A DNA stretch of 64,000 bases, from positions 960,001 to 1,024,000 of the forward strand of contig CAWJSJ010000001.1 in the NCBI GenBank assembly GCA_963845565.1, in the 5' to 3' direction. The position numbers and the translations under genes are program-made. Below are positions 10,474-19,987 of this stretch, piece by piece (positions within the stretch are counted from its first letter, which is position 1; every line of letters begins with the position of its first letter). The notes beneath the pieces are model-generated. The model was not told the DNA's origin, did no database searches, and saw nothing but the letters and a program-made list of their open reading frames with translations. The DNA comes from an uncultured Methylomirabilota bacterium (GTDB lineage Bacteria > Methylomirabilota > Methylomirabilia > Methylomirabilales > 2-02-FULL-66-22).

Positions 10474-10702
10474 GTTATAGCTGGCAGCTGGCATTGGGCA
10501 GCTGACAGCGGACGAAGTGCCAGGGCTGGCAGCGGGCAGTTAGCAGCTGGCAGCAAGAGCAGAATAGAGAAAACGCCTTTACCTCCAAAAGGGCCACGGC
10601 GGGTGAGCCCTTTCCGTGTTCCGGCTGCCAGCTGCTTGCTGCCTGCTGTGATGCTGTGTTCCTGAGGACCGGACTCAACAACTCAATAACTCAATAACTG
10701 TA
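10474..10702. repeat. Inverted heptamer tandem arrays (CTGGCAG)n ... (CTGCCAG)n plus an AACTCAAT 8-mer run
   Basis: Visible 7-nt periodicity at 10474-10556 and its inverse at 10624-10656; AACTCAAT-like x3 at 10674-10698. Confidence 0.7.
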
Positions 10703-10720
10703 TCACTCTATCGCGGACTG

Positions 10721-11690
10721 TCACGGGGAGACCAGCTCGATCTCTCTCCCCGATGTGACCCAGCGCCGGGCGATCCAGAGCAACAACCCACCGGCGAGGG
10801 CGGCGAGCAGAAACGCCGGTCCGACGCCGCCGGCTCCCGCCATCCAGCGCAGCCAGCGGCCCAGGCCCAGCGTCCCCAGGCCCAGGCCCGCGGCGGCGAC
10901 CGCGGCGGCGGCCGCGACATTCCGGGGGGCAGTGCCGCGGAGCAGCCTCCCCTGCACGCCGTCCACCGCCAACTCGTACACTCGCCCCCGATGGCGGTAG
11001 CGCATCCGCCATACCGGGTAGTACAGTAGTTTGACGCGCGTGTCGACGTATCGCGTGTCGTCGTTGACGGAAGCCACTCGCCAGGTGGTCTCGGCCAGAA
11101 AGCGCTCGGCCGACGTCGTCGGCGCAAACACGACCGCCCGACTTTGCAGCGACACACCGTCGAAAGAGGAGCAGTGCCACGGGGGAGCCGGCGCGGCGGA
11201 GGTCCGCCAGCCGGATCTTGTCCACCCCCAGTTCCGGCAGCTCGCAGGCCGGGGCGATCCGGAGGACGTCCTGCTCGACCACCTTGGTGTCCTCACGCTC
11301 TTTCCCCGGATCCGCCAGCCATCGATCCAGCGCCTGCCCGCCCTGCTCGCCCTCGCCCAGCGGGGCGGGTGGCTTCACGCGCTCGCGTATGAAGACCGAC
11401 CCCAGACGGACGGCGGTGGCTTCGAAGAACGGGACGTAGCAGAGGCCGGCGGCCTCGACGCCGATCCGGCCACGCACCGTCGCGGGCACGTCCGGCCGCT
11501 GCAGACTCTGGAGCGCGATCCGGACCGCCGCCTCCCGGTCGACGGGCCCTTCGACCGTGTAACGCGGCACGGCATCCGGGGCCAGGACCAGGCAGCGGCC
11601 GCCACAGTAGCGACAGGCGGTGATCCGCTCTCCTTCCGCCAGACAGAGGGCGCCCCCGCAGGCCGGGCAGCCGAGATGCAGAAGCGCCAT
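10721..11690 (-). CDS. Zn-ribbon membrane protein (YdjG-like), frameshift at ~11164
   Basis: CPACG...CRYCG; LCYVPF and LLYYPVW motifs; VDGVQG; two C-terminal TM helices once the ORFs are joined. Confidence 0.7.
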
Positions 11691-11691
11691 C

Positions 11692-12429
11692 TCAGACGCC
11701 TCCGCCGCGACCGGCGCCGCGGAGCCCCAGATATACCATCACACTCAGCATGGCGACGGCGACCAGCGCGATCCCGAGCGGGGCGATGGCAACGGCGGCC
11801 ACAAGCATCGCCGATCCGCCTCCGATGATCCAGGCGGTGCTCCCGCCGGCCGCCGCATCCGCGGGCGTTGGCAGCGCGTCCTCCGGTGCGAGGACCGATC
11901 CGGAGCAGGCCTCGACCCGCAGCGACACCGGCGTTCCGGCCAAGCGGACCGTGGCCTCGTACACCGGCAGGTGCACCAGGTCGCCCGGCTCCGTGGCCCC
12001 CTCACCCAGCGCGCGCGCGCGGGCCGCCGCCTCGGGGACGGTCGGATCGATCACCGCGCCGCCCTCGGCCTGCGCGGCATCGAAGAAGATCTGCTCGGCG
12101 TCGGGCGGCCGGAGCCGGTCCCACACAGGATCCGGCGTCGACCAGGCGGGGACGAACCGTCGCGGCCCGTCCTTGGCGTATCGCCAGAAGGGGTAGTACA
12201 CGAGGCGCGGGTTCGCGGGACCGGCGGGCGCCCCCACCCGCTGTCGGTCGGCCCAGCGGCGAAGCAGCGGCAGGATCTGATCCGGCGCGATCCGCGGCCG
12301 GTACAGGAAATGGGTCCGGACGCCGGCGAGGTCCAGCACCAGGCCCGCGCCGCAGAACGGACAGGCGGGGAATCCTCCCGCCTCGCGGAGGAGCACCTCG
12401 CCGCCGCACTGCGGGCAGGGAATCTTCAC
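11692..12429 (-). CDS. Zn-ribbon membrane protein (YdjG-like)
   Basis: GTG overlaps the SPFH stop; CPQCG...CPFCG, LVYYPFW, LVHLPVY, VEACSG, C-terminal TM hairpin. Confidence 0.75.
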   Translation of the reverse strand: MKIPCPQCGGEVLLREAGGFPACPFCGAGLVLDLAGVRTHFLYRPRIAPDQILPLLRRWADRQRVGAPAGPANPRLVYYPFWRYAKDGPRRFVPAWSTPDPVWDRLRPPDAEQIFFDAAQAEGGAVIDPTVPEAAARARALGEGATEPGDLVHLPVYEATVRLAGTPVSLRVEACSGSVLAPEDALPTPADAAAGGSTAWIIGGGSAMLVAAVAIAPLGIALVAVAMLSVMVYLGLRGAGRGGGV

Positions 12430-13574
12430 GACGTCGGGGGCGTCACCGCCTCGCCACAGCCCGTACAGAACTTGGTGCGCGGCGGCAAGACGGTCTGACA
12501 GTGGGTGCAGGTCAGCCTGGCCTGCACCTCCGCTCCACAGGCCGGGCAGAACTTGGCCTGCGCGGTCACGTTCTTCCCGCACCGGGGGCATTTGTTCGCG
12601 ACCACCATCTGGTTGCCGCACGACGGGCAAAAGCGTGCCGTGATCGGCACGTCGCCGTGGCAGTCCGGACAGTGCACCGTTCCACGCACGCGAATCCGCT
12701 CGGGGTCCGCGTCCTCCGGCTGAAGGTTCCGATAGATCATGCCGGGCAGCATGAACCCCAGGCCGGCCCCCATTCCCATGCCCAGCCCGGCGCCGGCCGG
12801 CCCCCCGCCGGCGCCGACCCCGGCGGCGGCGTCGCCCAGCGCCTTGGCCGCCTTGAACTTCATGAAGTCGTCCAGGTTCCCCACGGCGCCCATCCCGGAC
12901 CGCTCGTCGATCATCTTCTGGACGTCCGGGGGCGGCGTGATGGCGTTGACGAAGAAATCGATCAGCTCGAGGCCGTAGCGCCGGAAATCGTCCCGCAGGC
13001 GCGTCTTGACCGCCACGCCGATTTCGTCGTACTGCCGCGGCAGTTGGTAGACCGTCTCCAGGTGCTCTCCCAGGAAGTCGTTCAACCGGGACACGATGAC
13101 CTCGCGGAGGTACGCCTCCACCTGGTCGGACCCGTAGGCGCCCTGGGTCCCCACCAGCGTGTTCACGAACAAGAGCGGCTGCGTGACGCGCGCGCTGAAG
13201 ATGCCGAAGGCGCGCAGCCGGACCACGCCGAGTTCCTTGTCCTTGAAGGCCACCGGCTCCTTGGTCCCCCATTTGAGATCGGGGAACACCTTGGCGTTGA
13301 CGAACACCACCTCGGCCCGGAACGGGCTGGTGAACCCCCACGGCAGGCTGAGCAGCTTGGTCAGGATCGGGAGGTTGAGCGTCGAGAGCGTGTGCCGGCC
13401 CGGCCCGAAGACGTCCAGCCCCTTCCCGTCCCGGAAGAAGACCGCCGCCTGGCTTTCCCGGACGATGAGCTGCGCCCCCAACTTGATATCCGCGGAGCCG
13501 CCTTCGGGGATCCGGTGCACGACCTCGCGGCCGTCCGGGTCGAACCACTCGAGGACTTCCAACGCGATGCCCAT
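12426..13574 (-). CDS. SPFH (band 7, YdjI-like) protein with C-terminal double zinc ribbon
   Basis: [34 protein letters not shown], GxGMGMG segment, six CxxC pairs; GGAGG RBS. Confidence 0.9.
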   Translation of the reverse strand: MGIALEVLEWFDPDGREVVHRIPEGGSADIKLGAQLIVRESQAAVFFRDGKGLDVFGPGRHTLSTLNLPILTKLLSLPWGFTSPFRAEVVFVNAKVFPDLKWGTKEPVAFKDKELGVVRLRAFGIFSARVTQPLLFVNTLVGTQGAYGSDQVEAYLREVIVSRLNDFLGEHLETVYQLPRQYDEIGVAVKTRLRDDFRRYGLELIDFFVNAITPPPDVQKMIDERSGMGAVGNLDDFMKFKAAKALGDAAAGVGAGGGPAGAGLGMGMGAGLGFMLPGMIYRNLQPEDADPERIRVRGTVHCPDCHGDVPITARFCPSCGNQMVVANKCPRCGKNVTAQAKFCPACGAEVQARLTCTHCQTVLPPRTKFCTGCGEAVTPPTS

Positions 13575-13586
13575 GTCGCCTCCTGG

Positions 13587-13643
13587 TTAGGAGCCGTTAC
13601 GAAATAACCTGTACATCTCTTTCTATTTCGTTACGGCTCCTAA
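13587..13643. repeat. Palindromic repeat family A, copy 1
   Basis: TTAGGAGCCGTTACGAAATA-loop-TATTTCGTTACGGCTCCTAA, 20-bp stem with one mismatch. Confidence 0.9.
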
Positions 13644-13649
13644 GTTCGC

Positions 13650-13749
13650 CTCGGACCGGCACCCATCCTCCGGATGGGTACCCGGCGCGCCGCCTTGTAT
13701 CTGGGCCTCTTTGAGCAGCCTGGGGAAAAACGTCTTTCAGACCCTGTTA
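13650..13749. repeat. Repeat family B copy adjoining family A copy 1
   Basis: Minus strand CAGGCTGCTCAAAGAGGCCCAGATACAAGGCGGCG...CCCATCCGGAGGATGGGT is similar to 4869..4940. Confidence 0.6.
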
Positions 13750-14268
13750 GAGCCCGCGCGCCAGCCGATCGCGCTCGTCCACCGTCCGCTCGAACTCCCG
13801 CACCGCCGCCTCGGTGGCCTGCAGGGCCTCGGAGAATCCCTGGTCCTCGCCGGCCGTGTCCGCCAGCACCCGAACCTGCGACTGGAGGCGGGGGATCTCT
13901 TCGAGCAGCCGCAGGTCGAAGTCGTGCAGCCCGGCCAGCTCCCGTTCCCGGATGGTGTGCGCTGCGAACACACCCGCGAAACCGTAGTTCGCAAACCGGA
14001 TCCGGTCGGCCAGGGTGGCCACCTGTCGTCCGATGCGGTCCAAGGACGGCAGCCGGTCGAGCCGACCGGCCTCCGCGAGCAGCCGTTGCGCCGGCTCGAT
14101 CTCGCGCCCGAGGCCGGCGAGCAGCTCCGCCAGATACGCCCGGACCAGCTTGTCGGCATCCCGCAAGCCCTCGCGGTCCTGGTACCGTCCGAGGCCGGGG
14201 ATGCGGCGGACCAGTCGGTCCATCCGCTCGGCCCAGCCCGACCCGTCGTCCCGTGTCGGTGCCACCAT
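13747..14268 (-). CDS. Hypothetical all-helical protein upstream of the SPFH gene
   Basis: Good codon pattern, RBS GAGGG; IPGLGRY.DRE..RDADKL motif; amphipathic helices. Confidence 0.8.
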   Translation of the reverse strand: MVAPTRDDGSGWAERMDRLVRRIPGLGRYQDREGLRDADKLVRAYLAELLAGLGREIEPAQRLLAEAGRLDRLPSLDRIGRQVATLADRIRFANYGFAGVFAAHTIRERELAGLHDFDLRLLEEIPRLQSQVRVLADTAGEDQGFSEALQATEAAVREFERTVDERDRLARGL

Positions 14269-14295
14269 CGGTAAGCCCTCTCTCTCGTCTTTGCG

Positions 14296-15054
14296 CTACT
14301 TGAGCCCCTGCAAACGGCGGCGCGCCTCGGCCGCCTCGGGGCCGGCCGGATTCAGATCCACCGCCCGCTGGAGATGCTCTCGCGCCGTCGTCGTCTCACC
14401 CAGCTGTGCCAGCACCGTGCCCATCTCCAGGTGGAAGACGGCCACGGTGCCGTCAATCTTGATGGCCTTCGCGAATTGCTCCTTGGCCTCGGTCGCGTTC
14501 CCTTGCGCCAGGAGCGCCCGCCCGAGCAGAAAATAGCCGTCGGGGGACTGCGGCATTACGTCGGCGACGCGGCGGAACTCCTCCGCCGCCATCTGATACC
14601 GGCCCTGCGACATGTACGCATTGCCAAGGTTCATGTACGCCCGCTCCGGATTCATATACCGGGGGTTCGCCAGCGCCTTGCGGAAGGCGTCGATCGCCAG
14701 ATCCCACTGCTGGCGGCTCAGGTAGGCCGCCCCGAGGTCGTTATAGGCATCCGAGAAGCGCGGGTCCAGTTCCACCGCCTGCCGAAAGGCGACGATCGCC
14801 TTCTCCGCATCCGGCACACGCAGATACGCATTCCCCAGTGCATGATGATACCGGGCGTTCAGTGGCTCCTTCTCCACCGCCTTCTGCATTTCGCTGATCG
14901 CCTTGGCCATTTTCCCCTCGGCGAGTGCGCCCAGCCCGATGTCGTACGAGGCCTGCGCCGCCTCCTGCTTCTCCACCTCGGCTTCGGGGCCGGCACATGC
15001 CGTGGCGAGCGCGAGGGCCAGCGCAAGGATCAAGATACCCGACTGTCGTGTCAT
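14296..15054 (-). CDS. TPR lipoprotein, PilF/PilW-like
   Basis: Lipobox LATA-C; TPRs; ALANPRYMNPERAYMNLG is typical of PilF/PilW. Confidence 0.75.
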   Translation of the reverse strand: MTRQSGILILALALALATACAGPEAEVEKQEAAQASYDIGLGALAEGKMAKAISEMQKAVEKEPLNARYHHALGNAYLRVPDAEKAIVAFRQAVELDPRFSDAYNDLGAAYLSRQQWDLAIDAFRKALANPRYMNPERAYMNLGNAYMSQGRYQMAAEEFRRVADVMPQSPDGYFLLGRALLAQGNATEAKEQFAKAIKIDGTVAVFHLEMGTVLAQLGETTTAREHLQRAVDLNPAGPEAAEARRRLQGLK

Positions 15055-15070
15055 TCCGCCCTCCGGTTTG

Positions 15071-15172
15071 CTAGGAGCCGTTACGAAAAAACTTCATTCC
15101 CTGTGATTTCGTTACGGCTCCTTGTGCCGTTCCCGAGATTTCTCCGGTCAAGTTATCCGTGACAACGGCTTA
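15071..15172. repeat. Repeat family A copy 2 with second hairpin unit, ending in the mltG stop
   Basis: CTAGGAGCCGTTACGAAA...ATTTCGTTACGGCTCC-TTGTGCCGTT...AACGGCTTA. Confidence 0.9.
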
Positions 15173-16270
15173 GGACTCTTCCACCTGCCCCGTCCGATCG
15201 ACGGCGGCCCCGTCCGGCACCGCCAGGGATGGCGAGTCCTTGGTCGGCTGCACGCGGCCCCCGCCCTGATACACGCGCACGGCTTGTTGATGTTGTTCGA
15301 GGGTGCGTGAAAAGAAGTGCGAGCCGTCGTTCTTGGCGACGAAGTACAGATAATTTACAGGCGCCGGGTTGAGCGCCGCCTGCAGCGACGCGAGGCCCGG
15401 GTTGGCGATGGGACCCGGCGGAAGGCCCTGCACCAGGTAGGTGTTGTACGGGCTCCTGCGCTGCAGGTCGCTGGCGGTGATCCGCCCTGGGCCGCGGGGC
15501 ACCATGTACACCGCCGTGGGATCGGATTGCAGCGGCATTCGCTGACGGAGCCGATTATGAAAGACCGCCGAGATCACGGGTCGCTCGGCGTTCAGTCTCG
15601 CCTCTTTCTCGATCAGCGAGGCCAACGTGATGATCTCGTGCGGGTCCATCCCCAGCCGCGCGGCGCGCTCCCGGAAGTCCGGCGGAACCGACTGGCGAAA
15701 CCGCCCGACCATGACGCGGATGATCTCTTCCTCGCCCATGCCGCGGGTGAGGCGATAGGTGTCGGGGAACAGATAGCCTTCCAGCCGCGCCGCCGCCACC
15801 TCGAGACGAGCGGCCACCATCGGGTCCTGCACCAGCGCCAGGAAGCGATCCCGATCGGCCAGGCGCTCCCCGGCCAGCAGCTTGGCGATGTCCTCCGCCG
15901 TGAACCCCTCGGGGATCGTCACCTGGTGCGTGACGACGCGCCCGGATTCCAGTTTCTGGAGGATCTCGAAAAGGCTCATGCCCGAGGTGAATTCGTACTC
16001 GCCGGATTGCAGCCGCTTGAGAGACCCCTGGAGATAGGCCAGCGCGAGGAAGGTCCAGGTGCTGCGGATGACCCCGGCGTCCTGGAGAAGCAGCGCGATG
16101 TCCTGGACACCGGTCTTGGGCTTGATATACACCACGGTGGGCGCCGCGGGCGCCAGACCGGAGGTGGGCGGCGTCGACTGGAGATACGTGCGGATCCCCA
16201 CCGCCGTCAAGACGAAGGCGAGCAGAAACGGAACGATCCCTCGGAGACGTCGTGCCAGGGCCATCGTCAC
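15170..16270 (-). CDS. mltG: Endolytic transglycosylase MltG
   Basis: N-terminal TM, TIPEG, LEGYLFPDTY, ASLIEKE, LQSDPT, SPYNTY..GLPPGPIANPG. Confidence 0.95.
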   Translation of the reverse strand: MTMALARRLRGIVPFLLAFVLTAVGIRTYLQSTPPTSGLAPAAPTVVYIKPKTGVQDIALLLQDAGVIRSTWTFLALAYLQGSLKRLQSGEYEFTSGMSLFEILQKLESGRVVTHQVTIPEGFTAEDIAKLLAGERLADRDRFLALVQDPMVAARLEVAAARLEGYLFPDTYRLTRGMGEEEIIRVMVGRFRQSVPPDFRERAARLGMDPHEIITLASLIEKEARLNAERPVISAVFHNRLRQRMPLQSDPTAVYMVPRGPGRITASDLQRRSPYNTYLVQGLPPGPIANPGLASLQAALNPAPVNYLYFVAKNDGSHFFSRTLEQHQQAVRVYQGGGRVQPTKDSPSLAVPDGAAVDRTGQVEES

Positions 16271-16273
16271 CCG

Positions 16274-16711
16274 TCAGGGGATTTCTCGACGCGACGCCGC
16301 CTGCCGTCGGTCGAGAAAGCCCTGCAAGATCAGCGTCGCCGCCACCTGGTCCACCAACCCCCGGCGAGCGCGACGACGCACGCCCGCCGCGACCAGCGCG
16401 CGATCCGCCGCCAACGTGGTCAGTCGTTCGTCCCAGAGATGAACGGGCACCTGGAAGCGCTCTGCCACCGCGCGGGCAAACGCGCGCGCCGCGTCCGCGG
16501 AGGGACCCTCGCTCCCATCCATGTTCCTGGGGAGCCCCACCACGATCTCGTCGGCGTGCAGCAGGGAGACGTGGCCAGCGATCTCGTCCAGCGCCTGCGC
16601 ATCACTTCGCCGTGTGACCGTGCTCAGGCCGTGGGCGGTCAGACCCAGGTCATCGCTCACGGCCACCCCAAGCCTCGCCCACCCCCAATCCACCGCCAGG
16701 ATCTTCGTCAT
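16274..16711 (-). CDS. ruvX: YqgF/RuvX pre-16S rRNA nuclease
   Basis: ILAVDWG..R.GVAVSD, VVGLP, DERLTT, DQVAATLILQ. Confidence 0.93.
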   Translation of the reverse strand: MTKILAVDWGWARLGVAVSDDLGLTAHGLSTVTRRSDAQALDEIAGHVSLLHADEIVVGLPRNMDGSEGPSADAARAFARAVAERFQVPVHLWDERLTTLAADRALVAAGVRRRARRGLVDQVAATLILQGFLDRRQAASRREIP

Positions 16712-17033
16712 CAGCCCAGTCGCTCCGTCGCCTGAGGACCGGCGTGGCGGTCCGGGTCCGGACGCGTTCCCGGCCGGCCCTCTCTGCGCGCCCGCCATCC
16801 TCGCATTCACGGTGCCCGACGCGTTCAGGATGTCAAGGGCTTTGCGTCGGCGACGTCAAACGCCGGGTTGCAGTATATCATAAAGGAACCGGGTCTTCGA
16901 CGCTTCCTTGGCGCCCCGGCGGCCCGTCCCGGCACCGCGCCGCCCCAAACACCGCGGCCGGAACCCGATCGGCCCCGGCCGCGTCACCACGCACGCCTCG
17001 GGACGGGACCAGGCCCCGCCAGAGACCGCCCCG

Positions 17034-18890
17034 TCACGGCTTCTGGCGTGACCACAGCATGTTGTACCCCTCCACGAAGGCGTTTACCGAGGCCACGATC
17101 ACGTCCGGCGAGGTCCCGCTGGCCACCACCCGGTTGTTCTTCGTATCCTTCATGGTGATGGTAGTCTCAACCGAGGCGTCCGTCCCGGGTGAGTTGATCT
17201 CGACCTGAAAGTCCACCAGGTCGAAAAAGAGCTTTCCCCGGCTCTCGGCGGCGCTCTTCAGGGCGTTCACCACGGCATCCACCGGACCGACACCGGTCGC
17301 GTCGGACTGCACGCGCTCGCCGTCGAAGGTGATCCAGACCTTGGCGGACGCCTTGCGCTTGAGCGAGGTGGTGATCTGGAAGTCCTCCACCTCGAGGATG
17401 GGCGCCGGCTCGGACAATGCCTTCAGCACATTCTCCACGATATACTGGAGATCCGCCTTGGTGATCTGTTTCCCCTTCTCGACGAAATCGGTCACCAGGG
17501 CGGTCACACGCTTGGCGTACGCCGCCGTGAGCTTCACCCCCAGCTCCGTCCGCACGGTCGCCACCACCTGCGACTGCGATGGCGGACGCGGAAACATCCC
17601 GCGATCCCCTTCCCGGGCCCCGGCCGCGCGGATCTCGTAGAGCCGCAAGCGCAAGAACTTGTCCACCTCGGCCATGGTCGGCTCGATGGTGGCCGGCGAC
17701 GGCAGCACCTTGAGAGCCGCCCTGGGGTCCTTCAGGCCGTTCCCGGTGGCAAGGCACACCACGACCTCGTCCGGCCTGATCCGCCCCGTGGTCAGCAAGG
17801 ACGACAGGGCGGCGACGGGAATGGCGCCCGACGGCTCGACAAAGATGCTTTCCTGGTGCGCGAGCTGCTGCTGCGCGTCCAGGATCTCCGCGTCGCTCAG
17901 AATGACGCCGCAGCCCCCGGATTCCCGCATGGCCGCCAGCGCTTTGAGGCCATCCAGCGGATCCCCCGCCGCCACCGCCGTGCAGACCGTGAACGGCTTC
18001 TCGACCGGCGTGGGGGCATCCAGCCCTTGCTGGAATGCCGTCAAGATGGGCGCACAGCCCTCGGCCTGAACCCCGATCATCCGCGGCAGTCGGTCCACCA
18101 GACCGAGCTCGTAAAATTCCTTGAAGCCTTTCCAGACCGCCGCCATGTTCGTCCCGCAGCCCATGGGCACCAGGACGGCGGCCGGCGGCCGCCAGTCGAG
18201 TTGCTCGATGATCTCGAACGCCTGAGATTTCTGCCCCTCCACCCGGAAGGCGTAGTCGCCGGCCAGGTAGAAGCCGTGGCGTTCGCTCATCTCCTCGGTC
18301 AGCCGCGCGGCGTCGCTGTAGGTGCCACGCACCTGCATCAGGCGCGCCCCGTACGAGAGCGCCTGCGCCAGCTTGCCGATGGCGGTTCCTTCCGGCACCA
18401 GCACGTAGCACGTGAGCCCAGCAACCGAGGCGTAGGCCGCCACCGAGGCCGCCATGTTCCCGGTGGAGGCGACGCAGACCGCCTTGGCCCCAAGTTCCTT
18501 TGCCTTCGTCAACTCGACCAGGCTGCCGCGGTCCTTGAACACGCCGGTCGGGTTCGCGCCTTCGTTCTTGATGTACAGGTCGCGGATACCGGTGCGTTCG
18601 GCCAGGCGGGTGCACCGATACAAGGGGGTGCCCCCCTCGTTCATCGAGACCACCAGATCGAGATCGAGCAGCGGGTAGAAATCGAGGTACTTGAGGGCCT
18701 TGACCGGTGAGGTGCGCAGGGAGTAGCGGTTCAATCTGGATCGGATGTAGGCGTAATCGTATCGGACATCCAGGGGATGCCGGCAGTCGGGACAGCGAGT
18801 GCTCGATTCCTTTTCCCGAACCAGTCGGCCGCAGGAGATACAGCGCAGCTCGTAGAAGCTGGTCCCGTTCTTTCGGCTCTTCGGCCCCAT
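17034..18890 (-). CDS. thrC: Threonine synthase fused to a LeuA/CimA-type C-terminal allosteric domain
   Basis: N-terminal CxxC..CxxC, EGGTPL, KNEGANPTGVFKDRG (PLP Lys), ASTGN, EPSGA, TGNGLKD; C-terminal GVGPVDA...GTSPDVIVASVNAF. Confidence 0.9.
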   Translation of the reverse strand: MGPKSRKNGTSFYELRCISCGRLVREKESSTRCPDCRHPLDVRYDYAYIRSRLNRYSLRTSPVKALKYLDFYPLLDLDLVVSMNEGGTPLYRCTRLAERTGIRDLYIKNEGANPTGVFKDRGSLVELTKAKELGAKAVCVASTGNMAASVAAYASVAGLTCYVLVPEGTAIGKLAQALSYGARLMQVRGTYSDAARLTEEMSERHGFYLAGDYAFRVEGQKSQAFEIIEQLDWRPPAAVLVPMGCGTNMAAVWKGFKEFYELGLVDRLPRMIGVQAEGCAPILTAFQQGLDAPTPVEKPFTVCTAVAAGDPLDGLKALAAMRESGGCGVILSDAEILDAQQQLAHQESIFVEPSGAIPVAALSSLLTTGRIRPDEVVVCLATGNGLKDPRAALKVLPSPATIEPTMAEVDKFLRLRLYEIRAAGAREGDRGMFPRPPSQSQVVATVRTELGVKLTAAYAKRVTALVTDFVEKGKQITKADLQYIVENVLKALSEPAPILEVEDFQITTSLKRKASAKVWITFDGERVQSDATGVGPVDAVVNALKSAAESRGKLFFDLVDFQVEINSPGTDASVETTITMKDTKNNRVVASGTSPDVIVASVNAFVEGYNMLWSRQKP

Positions 18891-18920
18891 CGGTCCCCCT
18901 ACCCGTTGAGAATTCGTGGG

Positions 18921-18949
18921 AGTGTATAGACACTGCACGACAGTGTCAA
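18921..18949 (-). promoter_or_regulatory. sigma70 promoter of thrC with an internal palindrome (operator candidate)
   Basis: TTGACA-17-TACACT; GACACTG-N5-CAGTGTC overlaps the -35 and spacer. Confidence 0.7.
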
Positions 18950-19185
18950 GGAATTCACCCGAGAACGCGGCGCTCGCACTCCGATGGCGGAGACACGCCG
19001 GCGTTTTGAACGGAGCACTGCTCGTGTTTTCCGTTTCGGCAGAGAGTTATGGCGAAGAGTGAAAGTGGGAGATGAAGCCCGTTTACCCGTTTCAAGCGAC
19101 GCACAGGCGGCTTTCTCCGGGGAATAATAAATGGAGGGGAATCTGGGGTAGTATGTGCGCAGACTAATCACTCAGCATATAATTA

Positions 19186-19198
19186 TATCAATGTGTTA
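19186..19198 (+). promoter_or_regulatory. IHF consensus site in an AT-rich intergenic region
   Basis: TATCAATGTGTTA = WATCAANNNNTTR with an AT-rich 5' flank. Confidence 0.55.
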
Positions 19199-19287
19199 GA
19201 GAATGTTACTGATGTGATTCTTAAGAATATCCAAATCGAGAATCCTGCCGAAAACCTACCGTGAGATACCCGGAAAAGCTCCACCGG

Positions 19288-19987
19288 TCATACGCGCCCA
19301 TATCGCCGCCATCCCCACGGAACGGACCGCCGCTTGAAGAGCCCGACCAGAAGCACGCCGGCCGCAAAGCCTCCGATGTGCGCGAACCAGGCGACCCCTC
19401 CCCCCTCGTGGTCGAAGGTCAGGAGTCCATTCAGGACTTGGACCACGATCCAGAATCCCAAGACGAACACGGCCCGAATCTCGACCAGGGGGAACAGGAG
19501 CCCCAGCGGAATCAGGGTCAGGACCCGCGCATGCGGAAACAGCAACAGGTAGGCCCCGAGCACACCGGAGATCGCCCCACTGGCCCCGACCATCGGGATC
19601 CGCGACGTCGGGTTGAGGAGGATCTGCCCAAACGCCGCAGCCAGCCCGCACGCCAGATAGAAAATGGGGAACCGCACCTTGCCCATGGCGTCTTCGACGT
19701 TATTGCCGAAGATCCACAGGTACAGCATGTTCCCGGCGAAATGGAAGAACCCGGCATGGACGAACATCGAACTGACCAGCGTCGCTTCCGGGGAAAACGC
19801 CCGGCCGAGGACTTGGCAGGTTCTCGGTGAGGCTACACGGAATGAGGCCGTAATAGAGCAGGTAGCGCTGACCGGTGTACGCGCCCAGCAGGAACAGCTT
19901 CAGGAACGCGTACGTATTCAGGCCGATGAGGAGCAGCGTCACCACCGGCGGGTACCGAGTCGGGAGATTGTCCCTGAGTGGGATCAT
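19288..19987 (-). CDS. Rhomboid intramembrane serine protease, frameshift at ~19824
   Basis: MIPLRDN start; SMFVHAGFFHFAGNMLYLWIFG, GASGAI, AWFAHIGGF. Confidence 0.9.

Noticed and set aside
18950..19260. Riboswitch, oriC or dif site in the AT-rich gap
   Set aside because: No recognisable aptamer, DnaA boxes or XerC/D consensus, and the promoter lies downstream of this stretch
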